DNA from: an uncultured Chloroflexia bacterium
GTDB taxonomy: Bacteria > Chloroflexota > Dehalococcoidia > DSTF01 > JALHUB01
Assembly: GCA_963703345.1 (NCBI GenBank)
Contig: OY969814.1
Location: forward strand, 2,144,001 to 2,208,000
Direction: 5' to 3'
Length of the DNA stretch: 64,000 nucleotides
The position numbers and the translations under genes are program-made. This document shows, piece by piece, positions 37,899 through 48,218 of this stretch (the stretch's first letter is position 1; every line of letters begins with the position of its first letter). Below the pieces are notes generated by a model that saw only the letters and a list, made by a program, of their open reading frames with translations, ran no database searches and was not told the DNA's origin.

Positions 37899-38858
37899 CT
37901 ACATACCGGCGCTCATGCCGTCGAGTGCAGCGACCTCCTCGGGCGAGAGGCGCAGGTCGACCGCGGGCAGGATGGCCGCGAGCTGCTCCTCACTGTTGGC
38001 GCCGATGATGGGCGACGTTATCACGGGCTTGGCGAGCAGCCACGCGACGGCGACCGCCGCCAGCGTCGTCTCACGCGCCCGGGCAATCACCTCCAACGCC
38101 TCGATGACGCGCCAGCCGGCGTCGTTCTCATAGCGTCTCACACCGCCCGCGCGAGCGCTCTTCGGTTCGGGGCGGTCGCGGCGGTACTTGCCGGTCAGGA
38201 AGCCGCTGGCGAGGGGGCTGTAAGGGATGACGGCGATGCTCTCGCGCAGGCAGAGGCCGGCGAGGGCCTCCTCGAACTCACCGCGGTGCACAAGGCTGTA
38301 GTTCGGCTGCAGCGAGATATAGCGAGACAGCGAGTTCTGGCGCGCAACGTCTAGGGCTTCTTCCAGCAACGGCGCCGAGTAATTCGAAGCGCCGATATAG
38401 CGCACCTTCCCCGACCGGACTAGATCGTCGAAGGCGCGAAGCGTCTCCTCGATGGGTGTCTCGTCGTCGGGCGCGTGCGACTGGTAGAGATCGATTGTCT
38501 CGATCTGGAGGCGCTGCAGGCTCTTCTCGACCGCCTGCACGATGTGATTGCGTCCGAGGCCCTTGCCGTCCGGCCCTTCCCACACCGGCATGCGGACCTT
38601 GGTCGCGACGACCATCCTGTCACGATTGCCGCGCGCCTTCAGCCAGCGGCCGATGATCGATTCGGAGACGCCGCCGGGGTTGTCGGGAGCCCAGCGGCTG
38701 TAGACGTCCGCCGTATCGATGAAGTTGCCGCCGGCAGCGACGAAAGCGTCCATGACGTCGAACGCTGCGGCTGCGTCGGCGGTCCAGCCGAACTGCATCG
38801 ACCCCAGGCAGAGGGCCGAGACCTCCAGGTCTGTTACGCCGAACTTACGTCGCTGCAT
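37899..38858 (-). CDS. Aldo/keto reductase
   Basis: [28 protein letters not shown] and [14 protein letters not shown] motifs. Confidence 0.92.
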   Translation of the reverse strand: MQRRKFGVTDLEVSALCLGSMQFGWTADAAAAFDVMDAFVAAGGNFIDTADVYSRWAPDNPGGVSESIIGRWLKARGNRDRMVVATKVRMPVWEGPDGKGLGRNHIVQAVEKSLQRLQIETIDLYQSHAPDDETPIEETLRAFDDLVRSGKVRYIGASNYSAPLLEEALDVARQNSLSRYISLQPNYSLVHRGEFEEALAGLCLRESIAVIPYSPLASGFLTGKYRRDRPEPKSARAGGVRRYENDAGWRVIEALEVIARARETTLAAVAVAWLLAKPVITSPIIGANSEEQLAAILPAVDLRLSPEEVAALDGMSAGM

Positions 38859-38920
38859 GTCCTCATTCTATCACGACGTGAAGCGCTCGAAGGGGGCTCT
38901 CGTAAGCGGCGAAAGGCGCC

Positions 38921-41539
38921 CTATTCGCCGCCGAAATCGTCTGCTTCCACGTCGGCTGCCTTGCCGGTCAGCACGCCGAGCCGGACGGCGCTCACCTTTC
39001 GGTAGACCTCCCGCGGATCCCGCAGGACACCGTCGACGGTGAGCAGCGCGTCGACCCTGATGCCGAAGAGCCGTTCGTTCTCCACCAGATAAGGGCGTAT
39101 CAGGAGCCAGTCGTCGTCGGTCAATGGGCCAAGCTCGCCGCCGTTGAGCTGCGACTCTTCGACCTGCCCCAGCGGGTCGCGCACGTAGATGGCGCCGCCG
39201 GAGGCGAGCGAGAAGAGGTTGCCGCCGGGATAGGGGACCGGCTGCGGCACGAGATTGTTGCGCTCATCGAACTCCATGCCGTTGACGACGACGAAGCCGC
39301 CGCCGTTTAGGGGGTCGCCGGCCATGAACGATTCGGCGAGGAAGTCGAGGCAGGTGCCGTTGATGACGACGCGCGGCCTTCCGACGGCATTGATCAGCGG
39401 CCGCCCGGCGGCGTTGCCGAGGACGTATACTTCGCCGCCCTTGGCGCCGTAGAGGAACGTCTGACCGACGTCGCCGTGGACGACGAGCTTGCCGCGATTC
39501 ATGATCTGCCCGAGCTGGTCCTGCGCATTGCTGTGGACGAATATGGAGAGGCCGTCGATTCCGGAGGCCAGGTAGTCGCCGGAGCTGCCGTACACGTCGA
39601 TTCGGACGTCCTGCGTCTCCGGGCCCAGGCCGCAGCCGGCAAAGCGCTGGCCGCGATAGCCGTGGCAGATGAAGCGGCGCCACCCCATCCCATAGGCGCG
39701 ACGCACGAGCACGGCGTCGCAATCGTCGCCTTCCGGCGGGAAGTCTTCGACGTTGACGACGAGCGTTTCCTCGCCCGCTTGCGGCGGCGCAAGCAGCTCA
39801 CGGGTCTGCCAGTCGATCTTGCGATAGGCAGCACTGTTGACGGACCCGAACGGTGGCGCGGCTTCGAACAGCGACGAGAGCGATTCGTCGATGACGCGCA
39901 GCACCGAGCTCCGACGCTTGTCCCCCGTGTCATAGCGACGGTCGCGCAGCAGCGTGAGCACTTCGATGGCCGTTGCGGCGCCGTTGCCCTCGGACGCCTC
40001 TTCAATGAGGGCGTCGCAGAAGGAGCGCAGGCCGTCGGGCTGCCACCCGGGCAGCGCTTCCGCGGCGTAGCGGTAGAGCGCCGCGCCGTCGTTGCGGGCA
40101 AGACAGTCGCGGATGGCTTCCCGAATCGATGAGGCGGCCCGCTCCGGCGCCGGGACGTCGCAACGTATGGCGGCGCTGCCGGCGGTCACCGGGCGGCCGA
40201 ACTTGTCGCTGCAGGTGAGCGTCTTGTGGCCGTTCCCCTCGACATTGAAGAGGAAGGCGCCGCCGTCGGTGTGACTGCCGCCGCGGGCGTTCCAGTAGCG
40301 GTCGGCCACCGGGCAGAAGCGCGCGTCTTCGGCGGCCAGGCTGCGCAGCGTAGCGTCGATTGCCTGCTTCTCGGAGCATATCAGCCCGATCTGAACGTCG
40401 CCGTCGGCGAGGGCGAAGACCTGGGGCCGCAACATCGCCGTGTCCGTGATGCCCAGGAGCTGATAGCGTCCTTCGTCCGGCAGGCTGCGGGCGATGATGA
40501 AGAACCAGGGCCCGTCGGGCGAGCCGTGGATGTGGGCGGCCTGCAGTCGGCGATAGAGAAGCTGCTTCTCCTCGGGAAGCTGATCGAAGTCGCGCTCCGT
40601 CGTCGGAGCCAGCGCCTCGATGATGTACTCCAGCGGGTACTTGTAGACGCGCGCCCACAGGTCGAATAGGAGCGCCGAGACCTCGGTGTCGGTCAGGAAC
40701 TGCGGCCGGATGTTGCGCTGCAGCAGGTACTCGGCGACAGAGTGATAGTTGGCGAAGTCGCCGTTGTGGACCAGTGCCTCGTTCAGGCCGACGAACGGGT
40801 GCGCGCCACCCGGATGCCAGACGCGCCCCTTAGTCGGGTAGCGCTGGTGGGCGATCCAGACGTGGGCGCGAAAGTCCTCCAGACGATAGTACTGGACGAT
40901 CTGCTCGGCGTAGCCCACGATCTTGAAGACGACCAGATTCCGTCCATGCGAGAGGACGAACGCCCGCTGCTCGCCGAGCGAGGCGTAGAACTTCTCGTTC
41001 AGGCGGACGGAGTTGCGGTAGACGAACTCGTCCTCCACGTCGCGCGAGGGCAGGTCGGCGAGTCCCTGGCGCTCGGCGAACTCCGTCAGCACTTCGGGTT
41101 TCACGCGCAGCAGGTAGCGCTGGACGTCCGGCGGCTTTATCTCCATGCCCGGCACGTCGCGGTAGTCGTCAACTGTCGGCATTTGAGCCGAGAGGGCGAC
41201 GTCGAAATAGGGCGCGATGCAGGCTTCTTCCACCTCGCCGCGCGCCTTGGGATCGAGGAGGGCGACCTGGAGCAGGTAGTGCGAATCGAGCACCTCCTGC
41301 GTGACGCCTATGTCCTCGGCCACCAAGCCGGCCGCCGCGATTCCGCCGCCCTTGCCGTTGCCGCGGTTATGCATCTGAACAGAGGGCTCGTAGATGTGAC
41401 GCCCGCGGATGGGGATGGAGCAGGCGAAGCCGGTTACGCCGCAACCGCCCTCGTCGGCGGCGCGACGCTCCACCGTGCGAGGCTTGCCTTCCAGAAGCTC
41501 CGCCCGCGATTCGACAATCCGGTCGGCGGCGTCAGTCAT
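38921..41539 (-). CDS. Split glutamate synthase subunit: class II glutamine amidotransferase plus GXGXG domain
   Basis: GGCGVTG (Ntn Cys), HQRYPT, GGAHPF and HNGDFANY motifs; C-terminal GDVGQTFLYGAKGG repeats. Confidence 0.85.
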   Translation of the reverse strand: MTDAADRIVESRAELLEGKPRTVERRAADEGGCGVTGFACSIPIRGRHIYEPSVQMHNRGNGKGGGIAAAGLVAEDIGVTQEVLDSHYLLQVALLDPKARGEVEEACIAPYFDVALSAQMPTVDDYRDVPGMEIKPPDVQRYLLRVKPEVLTEFAERQGLADLPSRDVEDEFVYRNSVRLNEKFYASLGEQRAFVLSHGRNLVVFKIVGYAEQIVQYYRLEDFRAHVWIAHQRYPTKGRVWHPGGAHPFVGLNEALVHNGDFANYHSVAEYLLQRNIRPQFLTDTEVSALLFDLWARVYKYPLEYIIEALAPTTERDFDQLPEEKQLLYRRLQAAHIHGSPDGPWFFIIARSLPDEGRYQLLGITDTAMLRPQVFALADGDVQIGLICSEKQAIDATLRSLAAEDARFCPVADRYWNARGGSHTDGGAFLFNVEGNGHKTLTCSDKFGRPVTAGSAAIRCDVPAPERAASSIREAIRDCLARNDGAALYRYAAEALPGWQPDGLRSFCDALIEEASEGNGAATAIEVLTLLRDRRYDTGDKRRSSVLRVIDESLSSLFEAAPPFGSVNSAAYRKIDWQTRELLAPPQAGEETLVVNVEDFPPEGDDCDAVLVRRAYGMGWRRFICHGYRGQRFAGCGLGPETQDVRIDVYGSSGDYLASGIDGLSIFVHSNAQDQLGQIMNRGKLVVHGDVGQTFLYGAKGGEVYVLGNAAGRPLINAVGRPRVVINGTCLDFLAESFMAGDPLNGGGFVVVNGMEFDERNNLVPQPVPYPGGNLFSLASGGAIYVRDPLGQVEESQLNGGELGPLTDDDWLLIRPYLVENERLFGIRVDALLTVDGVLRDPREVYRKVSAVRLGVLTGKAADVEADDFGGE

Positions 41540-43091
41540 TGCCGTCGTCCTCCTCCCAGCGAACGCGACGCAGGCAGTCGTAGCGGCCGCGCAGCTCGGA
41601 GACGCTTCTCATACCGAGGCGCGCCAGCACGTCGACCATCCGCTCGCGCCAGGCGGAGTAGAGGTTGATGAGACGCTGTGTCGCCCAGTCTATCTGCACC
41701 TGCTGCATCAGCTCGCGGTCGGTCGTGGCGATGCCGCGGGCGCAGCCGCGACCGCTCTCGCAGTTGCCGCAGCGGATGCAGCCGAGGGCGACGAGCTCGG
41801 AGGTGGCAATGACGGCGCCGTCGGCACCCAAGGCGATGGCCTTCAGCACGTCGTCGGCCGTCCGGATGCCGCCGCTGGCGATAAGGACGACCTCGTCGCG
41901 CACGCCCTCGTCGACGAGGAAGCGATGCACCTTCGGGATGGCGTACTCGACGGGCATGGCGATGTTCTTCTTGGCGATATCGGGCGCGGCGCCGGTGCCA
42001 CCGTAGCTGCCGTCGATATGGATGATGTTGGCGCCGGCGTGGTAGCTGCCGACGGCCACCATATCGACGTCGGTCGGCGTCGAGACTTTGACCGACATCA
42101 GGGCGTGCGGGTTGATCTCCTTGATCCAGTCGAGGTGCTTCTTGTGGTCCTCGACGGAGTAAACGCTATGGAACGGGAAGGGCGAGAAGAGGGCGTTGCC
42201 GGCGACGGCCTGGCGCAGGCGGGCCACGTCCGGCGTATTCTTGTCGCCGAGGAGGTGGCCGCCGAGGCCGGGCTTGGCGCCCTGCGCGTACTTGAACTCG
42301 ACGATGCGCACTCGCTGGATCGTCTCCTCGCGCACGCCGAAAAGCCCCGTCGCCACCTGCGTGATGACGTGGTGATCGTAGGGTTGCAGGCGCTCCGGGT
42401 AGCCACCCTCGCCGGTGCAGGTGAAGGTGTTCCAGGCCGTGGCCGCGCGCGCCCGCGCAACCATGACATGGATGCTCACGGCGCCGAAGGACATGCCGCC
42501 GCCGTAAAACGGCAGGTCGATGCTGATCCTGGGACGGCCGTCTTTGCGACGGTTCAGCTCCAGGCTGGTGTCGACCTCATCGGGCGAGACGGCCTTCTCT
42601 AGAGACTGCGGGAAACGGAAGCGGAGGGCATCGAAGCCGCCGCCGGAAGCGCCGTGCCGGAACTCCAGGTCGCCGACGGCGGCGACGTGGCCGGTATCCG
42701 CCTGCCGCCAGGTCGCCATGAGGAGATCGGACGTCCAGCGCGGGTCGCCGATGGCATCGGCCGTCGGATTCGGGCCGACGGAGAGCGCCTTGTTCGGACA
42801 ATGGACGACGCAATAGTGGTCGGTCAGAGCGCATTTCGGGCCGATGCAGAGGAAATCGCGCGGACGCAGCGGCCGGTTGTAGCCAGCGGGCTTGACGTGG
42901 ACGCCGTAAGGGCATATCTCGACGCAGACGGCGCAGCCCTTGCAGTCGGCGCTGCGTCGCACCCGGTAGCGGCCGATGGGGTTTCGATAGCGGTCGGCTA
43001 TAGGCTGAACGACGCGTTCAACGTCGATGAGCGCGGGGCCATTGGGGCGATCGATGCCGGGCGCCAGGATAGGGTCAATAACTGATGTCAC
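41532..43091 (-). CDS. Split glutamate synthase FMN-binding subunit with N-terminal Fe-S motif
   Basis: CKGCAVCVEICP, GGMSFGA, TGEGG, QVATGLFGV, AQGAKPGLGGHL, ASGGIRT and CIRCGNC motifs. Confidence 0.88.
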   Translation of the reverse strand: MTSVIDPILAPGIDRPNGPALIDVERVVQPIADRYRNPIGRYRVRRSADCKGCAVCVEICPYGVHVKPAGYNRPLRPRDFLCIGPKCALTDHYCVVHCPNKALSVGPNPTADAIGDPRWTSDLLMATWRQADTGHVAAVGDLEFRHGASGGGFDALRFRFPQSLEKAVSPDEVDTSLELNRRKDGRPRISIDLPFYGGGMSFGAVSIHVMVARARAATAWNTFTCTGEGGYPERLQPYDHHVITQVATGLFGVREETIQRVRIVEFKYAQGAKPGLGGHLLGDKNTPDVARLRQAVAGNALFSPFPFHSVYSVEDHKKHLDWIKEINPHALMSVKVSTPTDVDMVAVGSYHAGANIIHIDGSYGGTGAAPDIAKKNIAMPVEYAIPKVHRFLVDEGVRDEVVLIASGGIRTADDVLKAIALGADGAVIATSELVALGCIRCGNCESGRGCARGIATTDRELMQQVQIDWATQRLINLYSAWRERMVDVLARLGMRSVSELRGRYDCLRRVRWEEDDGND

Positions 43092-44451
43092 CGAACGCCT
43101 CCCGATCCAGGTCTTCCAGGAACATCGCCCGGCCCACCTCGCCGCGTAGACGGCGGACTTCGCGGATGCCCATGGCGCCGAGCACTTCGATTAGCTGTGA
43201 GTGCCAGGCGCCCATGAGGTTCACCATGCGCTGAGCGGCGTAGTCGGCTTCGACCTGCTGTATCTTCACCGGGCAGTTCGCGTCGTGGTCGCCTTCGTCG
43301 CAGACCTGGCAACCGAGGGCGACGAGCAGGGGAGCACCCACGGCCACCAGGTCGGCGCCGCAGATGATCGCCTTCGCCATGTGCTCCGGCAGGGCGATGC
43401 CGCCGCTGACAATGATGGTCATCTCGTCGCGTATGCCCTCTTGCACCAGGCGCCCGTGAGCTTCGCGCAGGGCGTCGCGCATGTAGCGCGGCTCCGGCGT
43501 CTCGACCTCGCGGCTGTGCTCGTCGGCGCAGAGGTGGACGACGCGAACGCCGGCCCGGCGCAATTGCAGCAGCCGCTCGCCGGCGTCGCGGGTGAACGGC
43601 GTTCTGACACCGATGACGAGTCGCGGATTCGCCTCGCGGGCCTGCCCGACGAAATGGCTAATGTCGTCGCAATCGCTGATCTCGACGAAGCGGGCACGAC
43701 GGAGCAGCTCGGCCCGCGAGCGCACCTCCTCGCCTTCCAGGAGCGGCGCCAGGTGGTCGAGGGCGACTCCGTCATCGATTTGCGAAGCGCGGGCGACGGC
43801 CAGCGTCCGCAGTGTTCCGGCGGCGCTCGTTCTGGCGGCCAGGAGGTTCTCGCCGTCGCGCCCCCAGGGCGGCATGTCGAGGATGAGCGGCAGCGGCAGC
43901 TCGAGAAGTTGCTCTTCGCTCTCCGAATCTCCGTTGGCTTCAAAGCGCAGGCGCAAGGGCTTCGGGCCCAGGTCGACTGAGGTGCTGATGTACTCGCGGC
44001 CGTGGATGCCGTCGCGCGTCGGGCGGACGATCTCCGACATGTCGGTCCACATAGAGTCGAAGCCGGGCCCGCAGAAGGGACCGCGATAGCCGGCGCCGGA
44101 AACCGGTATGCGTCCGCTGTCGGCCTGGTCCCAGGTAGTCAGGATCATCTTCCGGTCCCAGTAGCGGCCGCCGAGGGTGAGGTAGTAGGGATTGACGGAG
44201 AGGGAAAGGATGCCCTTCGTGCAGTTCTGGACACAAGACAGGCAGGCGCGGCAGTCGAACGCCGGCTCCAGGGGCGCCGCGGGATCGCGGTCGTGGGCGC
44301 GCTCGAGCGGCCAGATGCCGCTAACGCAGGCGTTTTTGACGCAGTTGCGGCAGCGGGCGCAGTCTTCCCGCCAGTCGACAATGCTGTACTTGCCGATCCG
44401 TGGGAAACGGGCCGCGATTGGCGCTACCGGGACGTGGTAGCGTTCCGGCAA
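43075..44451 (-). CDS. Glutamate synthase-related Fe-S/FMN-fold protein (degenerate paralog)
   Basis: CARCRNCVKNAC and CRACLSCVQNC motifs; DMSEIVRPTRDGIHGREY and VSGGIALPEH; TTG start with GGAGG. Confidence 0.8.
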   Translation of the reverse strand: MPERYHVPVAPIAARFPRIGKYSIVDWREDCARCRNCVKNACVSGIWPLERAHDRDPAAPLEPAFDCRACLSCVQNCTKGILSLSVNPYYLTLGGRYWDRKMILTTWDQADSGRIPVSGAGYRGPFCGPGFDSMWTDMSEIVRPTRDGIHGREYISTSVDLGPKPLRLRFEANGDSESEEQLLELPLPLILDMPPWGRDGENLLAARTSAAGTLRTLAVARASQIDDGVALDHLAPLLEGEEVRSRAELLRRARFVEISDCDDISHFVGQAREANPRLVIGVRTPFTRDAGERLLQLRRAGVRVVHLCADEHSREVETPEPRYMRDALREAHGRLVQEGIRDEMTIIVSGGIALPEHMAKAIICGADLVAVGAPLLVALGCQVCDEGDHDANCPVKIQQVEADYAAQRMVNLMGAWHSQLIEVLGAMGIREVRRLRGEVGRAMFLEDLDREAFGDISY

Positions 44452-44534
44452 GACTCCCTCCTGCTTACTTATTGCTGCCTGGACTACCGGCGACCGGTAA
44501 CCGGTTGCCGCCTGCCAGCATTTTGAACAAAGCT

Positions 44535-44563
44535 AGCATACCGTCTCCGGCAGCGGCTGTCAA
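44535..44563 (-). promoter_or_regulatory. Sigma-70 promoter of the glutamate synthase operon
   Basis: Minus strand TTGACA-N17-TATGCT. Confidence 0.7.
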
Positions 44564-44670
44564 GGCGAAGGGCGGCCTGACCTGCCGCCCGCCCCTCGAC
44601 ATGAGGCGCCAAAACGGACTCTGTACTATCATGTCCCTGCATTCCGAATTGCGCAACAGGAGGAGAAGAG

Positions 44671-45885
44671 ATGCGAGACGCGGTAGTTTGCAGCCCCGTG
44701 CGTACTCCTGTCGGCCGCTACGGCGGCGCTTTGAAGGATATCGACCCGGAGACGCTGGCGTCGATAGTCGTCGAAGCGGTGCTGGAGCGGACGAAGATCG
44801 ACCCGGCGGTGATCGGCGACAGCATCTTCGGCCATAGCTATCCCAACGGCGAGACGCCGGCGATGGGTCGCCTCGCCGTGCTGCACGCCGGCCTTCCCGT
44901 GGAGGTGCCGGGCTTCCAGCTCGACAGGCGATGCGGCTCCGGCCTCCTGGCGGTCTGTCTGGCGGCCATGGAGGTGCAAACGGGCGTCGCGGACGTCGTG
45001 CTCGCCGGCGGCGTGGAGAGCATGAGCCAGGCGGAGTTCTACGTCACCGGCATCCGCTTCGGGCCCAATCGCGGCCATCAGCAACTCCTCGACCGGCTGG
45101 ATAGGGGCCGCGTGACCGCCGGGACTTTCCGCTACCCGGTGGACGGCGGAATGATCGAGACGGCGGAGAACCTGCGCAAGCAGTACAACATCCCCCGCCA
45201 GGAGCAGGACGAGTATTCGCTGCGCTCGCATCAGAAGGCCTGCGCCGCCTGGGACGCGGGACGCTTCGACGCAGAGACGGTGCCGGTGTCGGTGCCGCAG
45301 AGGAAGGGCGAGCCGACGCTGTTCGCCCGCGACGAGCATCCGCGCGCGGACACGACGCTGGAGAAGCTGGCGTCGCTGCGGCCCATTCGCCTCAAGTTCG
45401 ACCCGGAGTCGACGGTAACGGCCGGCAACGCCAGCGGCGAGAACGACGCGGCGGCGGGCTGCTTGATCACGACGCCCGAGAAGGCGGCGGAGCTGGGCCT
45501 CAAGCCGATGGGGAAGCTGCTCTCCTGGGCGTCGGCGGGCGTGCACCCGGCGTATATGGGCATCGGACCGGTGCCGGCGTCGAAGAAGGCGCTGGCGCAC
45601 GCCGGGCTGGAGCTGAAGGACATGGACCTCATCGAGCTAAACGAGGCGTTCGCCGCCCAGGTGCTGGCGGTGACGCGCGAGTGGGGTTTCACGGAGCGCG
45701 ATTTCGACCGGACGAACGTGAACGGCTCCGGCATCTCCATCGGCCACCCCATCGCAGCCACGGGCGTGCGCATTCTGGCGACGCTGCTGTACGAGATGGA
45801 GCGTCGCGGGGCGCGCTACGGCCTGGAGACGATGTGCTGCGGCGGCGGCCAGGGGATGGCGGCCGTGTTCGAGAGGATGCCGTAG
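44671..45885 (+). CDS. Acetyl-CoA C-acyltransferase (thiolase)
   Basis: DRRCGSGL, GGVESMS, NEAFAAQ, GHPIAATG and CCGGGQG motifs. Confidence 0.93.
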   Translation: MRDAVVCSPVRTPVGRYGGALKDIDPETLASIVVEAVLERTKIDPAVIGDSIFGHSYPNGETPAMGRLAVLHAGLPVEVPGFQLDRRCGSGLLAVCLAAMEVQTGVADVVLAGGVESMSQAEFYVTGIRFGPNRGHQQLLDRLDRGRVTAGTFRYPVDGGMIETAENLRKQYNIPRQEQDEYSLRSHQKACAAWDAGRFDAETVPVSVPQRKGEPTLFARDEHPRADTTLEKLASLRPIRLKFDPESTVTAGNASGENDAAAGCLITTPEKAAELGLKPMGKLLSWASAGVHPAYMGIGPVPASKKALAHAGLELKDMDLIELNEAFAAQVLAVTREWGFTERDFDRTNVNGSGISIGHPIAATGVRILATLLYEMERRGARYGLETMCCGGGQGMAAVFERMP

Positions 45886-46133
45886 GCTTTCCAGGACGGT
45901 CGCGCATGCGCGAGGCGAAGCCGAGCGCCGGAACCACGCTGCTACCGCTTACCGCGCGTCATGTTACGTCGACCACCATCGATCGCGCGAGACGGCAGTG
46001 CAGCGTGCGCTGATCGCGCTCGGGTTGCGCGACTCGCTTCGCTCGTCGCGCCGCCGCCACCACGCAGTGTCTCGCAACAAACGCCTTCGCCACGTGCGAT
46101 AATGAGGGCAGAGACCGAGTCGGAGGAGCGAGG

Positions 46134-46820
46134 ATGGCTCAACCTCTGGTTGCCCTCGTCGGCGGCGACGAGTTTCGCCCCCAGGACGACGATCTCGACA
46201 GGTACTTGCTCGAGCGGCTGGAACGGGACGTGCCCCGCGTCGCCATACTGCCCACCGCCGCCAGGGATGCGCCCCGCCTTGCCGCTGAGCACGGCGTCCG
46301 CCACTTCCAGAGCCTCGGCGCCGAGGCAATCGCCGTCATGGCCGTCGACAAGCGGTCGGCAAACGACGAGCGGCTGGTGGCGGAACTCGACGGCATCGAC
46401 CTCGTCTACCTGGCCGGCGGCGACCCGCTCTTCCTCCTCGAAACGCTGCGGGGTTCGCACCTCTGGCAACGCCTGTCCAGCGCCCGGCCCGAGGGATGCG
46501 CCCTGGCCGGCTCCAGCGCCGGCGCGATGGTGCTGGGCGAGGCGATGGGCTACCAGGGGAAGTGGACGGAAGCTCTCGGCCTGCTGCCGGGCATCTGCGC
46601 CCTGCCGCACTTCCAGGAATGGGGCGCGGAGGCGCTGCCGAGATTGGAGAAATCGTCGGCGAAGGGCGGCCTCACACTGCTCGGCATCGACGGCGCGACC
46701 GGCTGCGTCGGCTGGGGCGGCGAATGGGACGTTCGGGGACCGGGCGCCGTGACCGTCATCCGTCGGGGCGCATCTAAAGTGTTCCGCAGCGGTGCCCACA
46801 TCTCGCTGGGCGGCGGCTAG
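46134..46820 (+). CDS. Peptidase S51 family (cyanophycinase/PepE-like)
   Basis: LVGGDEF, ILPTAA, YLAGGDP, AGSSAGAM, LPHF and LGIDG motifs. Confidence 0.85.
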   Translation: MAQPLVALVGGDEFRPQDDDLDRYLLERLERDVPRVAILPTAARDAPRLAAEHGVRHFQSLGAEAIAVMAVDKRSANDERLVAELDGIDLVYLAGGDPLFLLETLRGSHLWQRLSSARPEGCALAGSSAGAMVLGEAMGYQGKWTEALGLLPGICALPHFQEWGAEALPRLEKSSAKGGLTLLGIDGATGCVGWGGEWDVRGPGAVTVIRRGASKVFRSGAHISLGGG

Positions 46821-48208
46821 AGGTCGTAGGCCGTCTCCGGCTCCACGATCGTCGCTTTTCGGCCCAGCTCCTCGCGGACGATGCCCGCCAGCTTCTCGAG
46901 CGCCTCCGGCTCGCCGTGCACGAGCATCACTTGCCCGTCGCCGCTGGTGCGTAGCCAGTTGACGATGCCGCGCTGGTCGGCATGAGCGCTGAGCCCGTTG
47001 ATCGTGTAGACGCGGGCGCGTACCGCCACTTCCTCGCCGAAGATCTTGACGGAGCGGGCGCCATCGACGATTGCCCGGCCCGGCGTGCCGATGGCCTGGT
47101 AGCCGACGAAGATGACGGAGCAGTCCGGCCGCCAGAGGTTGTGGCGCAGGTGGTGGATTATGCGACCGCCGTTCGCCATGCCGCTGCCGGCGACGATGAT
47201 GCTACCGGACTGCCAGCGATTGATAGCGCGGGAGTCCTCTGTGCTCGGCGTGAACTCCACGCCCGGGAACTCGAACGGCTCTTCGCCCCTGTCCAACCCG
47301 GCCAGAAGCTCCGGGTTAAGCGCTCTGAGGTGCCGCTCATACGCCTCGGTGATGCTTATAGCCAGCGGGCTGTCGAGGAAGATGCGGCAGTTGGGGCCAA
47401 TCTCACCGGCGTCCCACATCTGGTGCAGATAGAAGAGCACGTCCTGCGAGCGCTCCAGGGCGAAGGACGGGATCACGACGTTCCCGCCGCGCTCTATAGC
47501 CTGCTTGACGGCGGCGATGAACTCCAGTCGCGACTCCTCGACCGGCCGGTGCAGGCGGTCGCCGTAGGTGGACTCGCTGACGATGGCGTCGCAGGGAGGG
47601 CACTGCGCCGGGTCGGGCATGACCTCGCGGCCGCGATAGCCCAGGTCGCCGCTGAAGATGACGCGCTTCGAGCTGCCGTTGCGCCGCTCCTCGATCTCGA
47701 CGAAGGCGGAGCCGAGGATGTGGCCCGCGTTGCGCATCGTCAGCAACAGACCGTCGCTGACGGACAGCGGCGTGTCGTAGGCGACCGGCGGCGCGAACTT
47801 GTCGACGGCAAGCAGGGCGTCGTTGACGGCGTAGGGCGGCGGCAGTATCTCCTCGCCCTGGCGGGCTGCTTTCCGCCTGCGATGGCCGTACTCCTCGTAC
47901 ATCACGTGGGCGGCGTCCATCAGGATAAGCCGTCCTATCTCCCGCGATTCCGCCGTCGCGTAGATGGGGCCGTGGAATCCCGCCTTGACCAGCGACGGCA
48001 GGCGGCCGATGTGGTCGAGATGGCAGTGCGTCAGGACGACGGCGTCGATGCTGCGGGGATCGAAGGTGAACGGCTCGGCGCTCCGGGCGTAGGAGTGGTC
48101 ACCACCCTGGAACTGGCCGCAATCGATGAGTATGCGCTTTCCGCCCGCTTCGAGCAGATGGCAGGAGCCGGTTACTTCGCGCGCCGCGCCGTGAGAAGTT
48201 AGTCGCAT
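46817..48208 (-). CDS. Metallo-beta-lactamase/beta-CASP ribonuclease
   Basis: VTGSCH, THCHLDHIG, AGHILGS, FSGDLG, ESTYGDR and SAHADQ motifs. Confidence 0.92.
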   Translation of the reverse strand: MRLTSHGAAREVTGSCHLLEAGGKRILIDCGQFQGGDHSYARSAEPFTFDPRSIDAVVLTHCHLDHIGRLPSLVKAGFHGPIYATAESREIGRLILMDAAHVMYEEYGHRRRKAARQGEEILPPPYAVNDALLAVDKFAPPVAYDTPLSVSDGLLLTMRNAGHILGSAFVEIEERRNGSSKRVIFSGDLGYRGREVMPDPAQCPPCDAIVSESTYGDRLHRPVEESRLEFIAAVKQAIERGGNVVIPSFALERSQDVLFYLHQMWDAGEIGPNCRIFLDSPLAISITEAYERHLRALNPELLAGLDRGEEPFEFPGVEFTPSTEDSRAINRWQSGSIIVAGSGMANGGRIIHHLRHNLWRPDCSVIFVGYQAIGTPGRAIVDGARSVKIFGEEVAVRARVYTINGLSAHADQRGIVNWLRTSGDGQVMLVHGEPEALEKLAGIVREELGRKATIVEPETAYDL

Positions 48209-48218
48209 TAGTCTTCCT

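Noticed and set aside
44488-44510. Palindrome in the glutamate synthase leader as a nitrogen-regulator site
   Set aside because: GC-rich, with no match to GlnR/TnrA or NrpR consensus that I can support, and mismatched on the transcribed strand.
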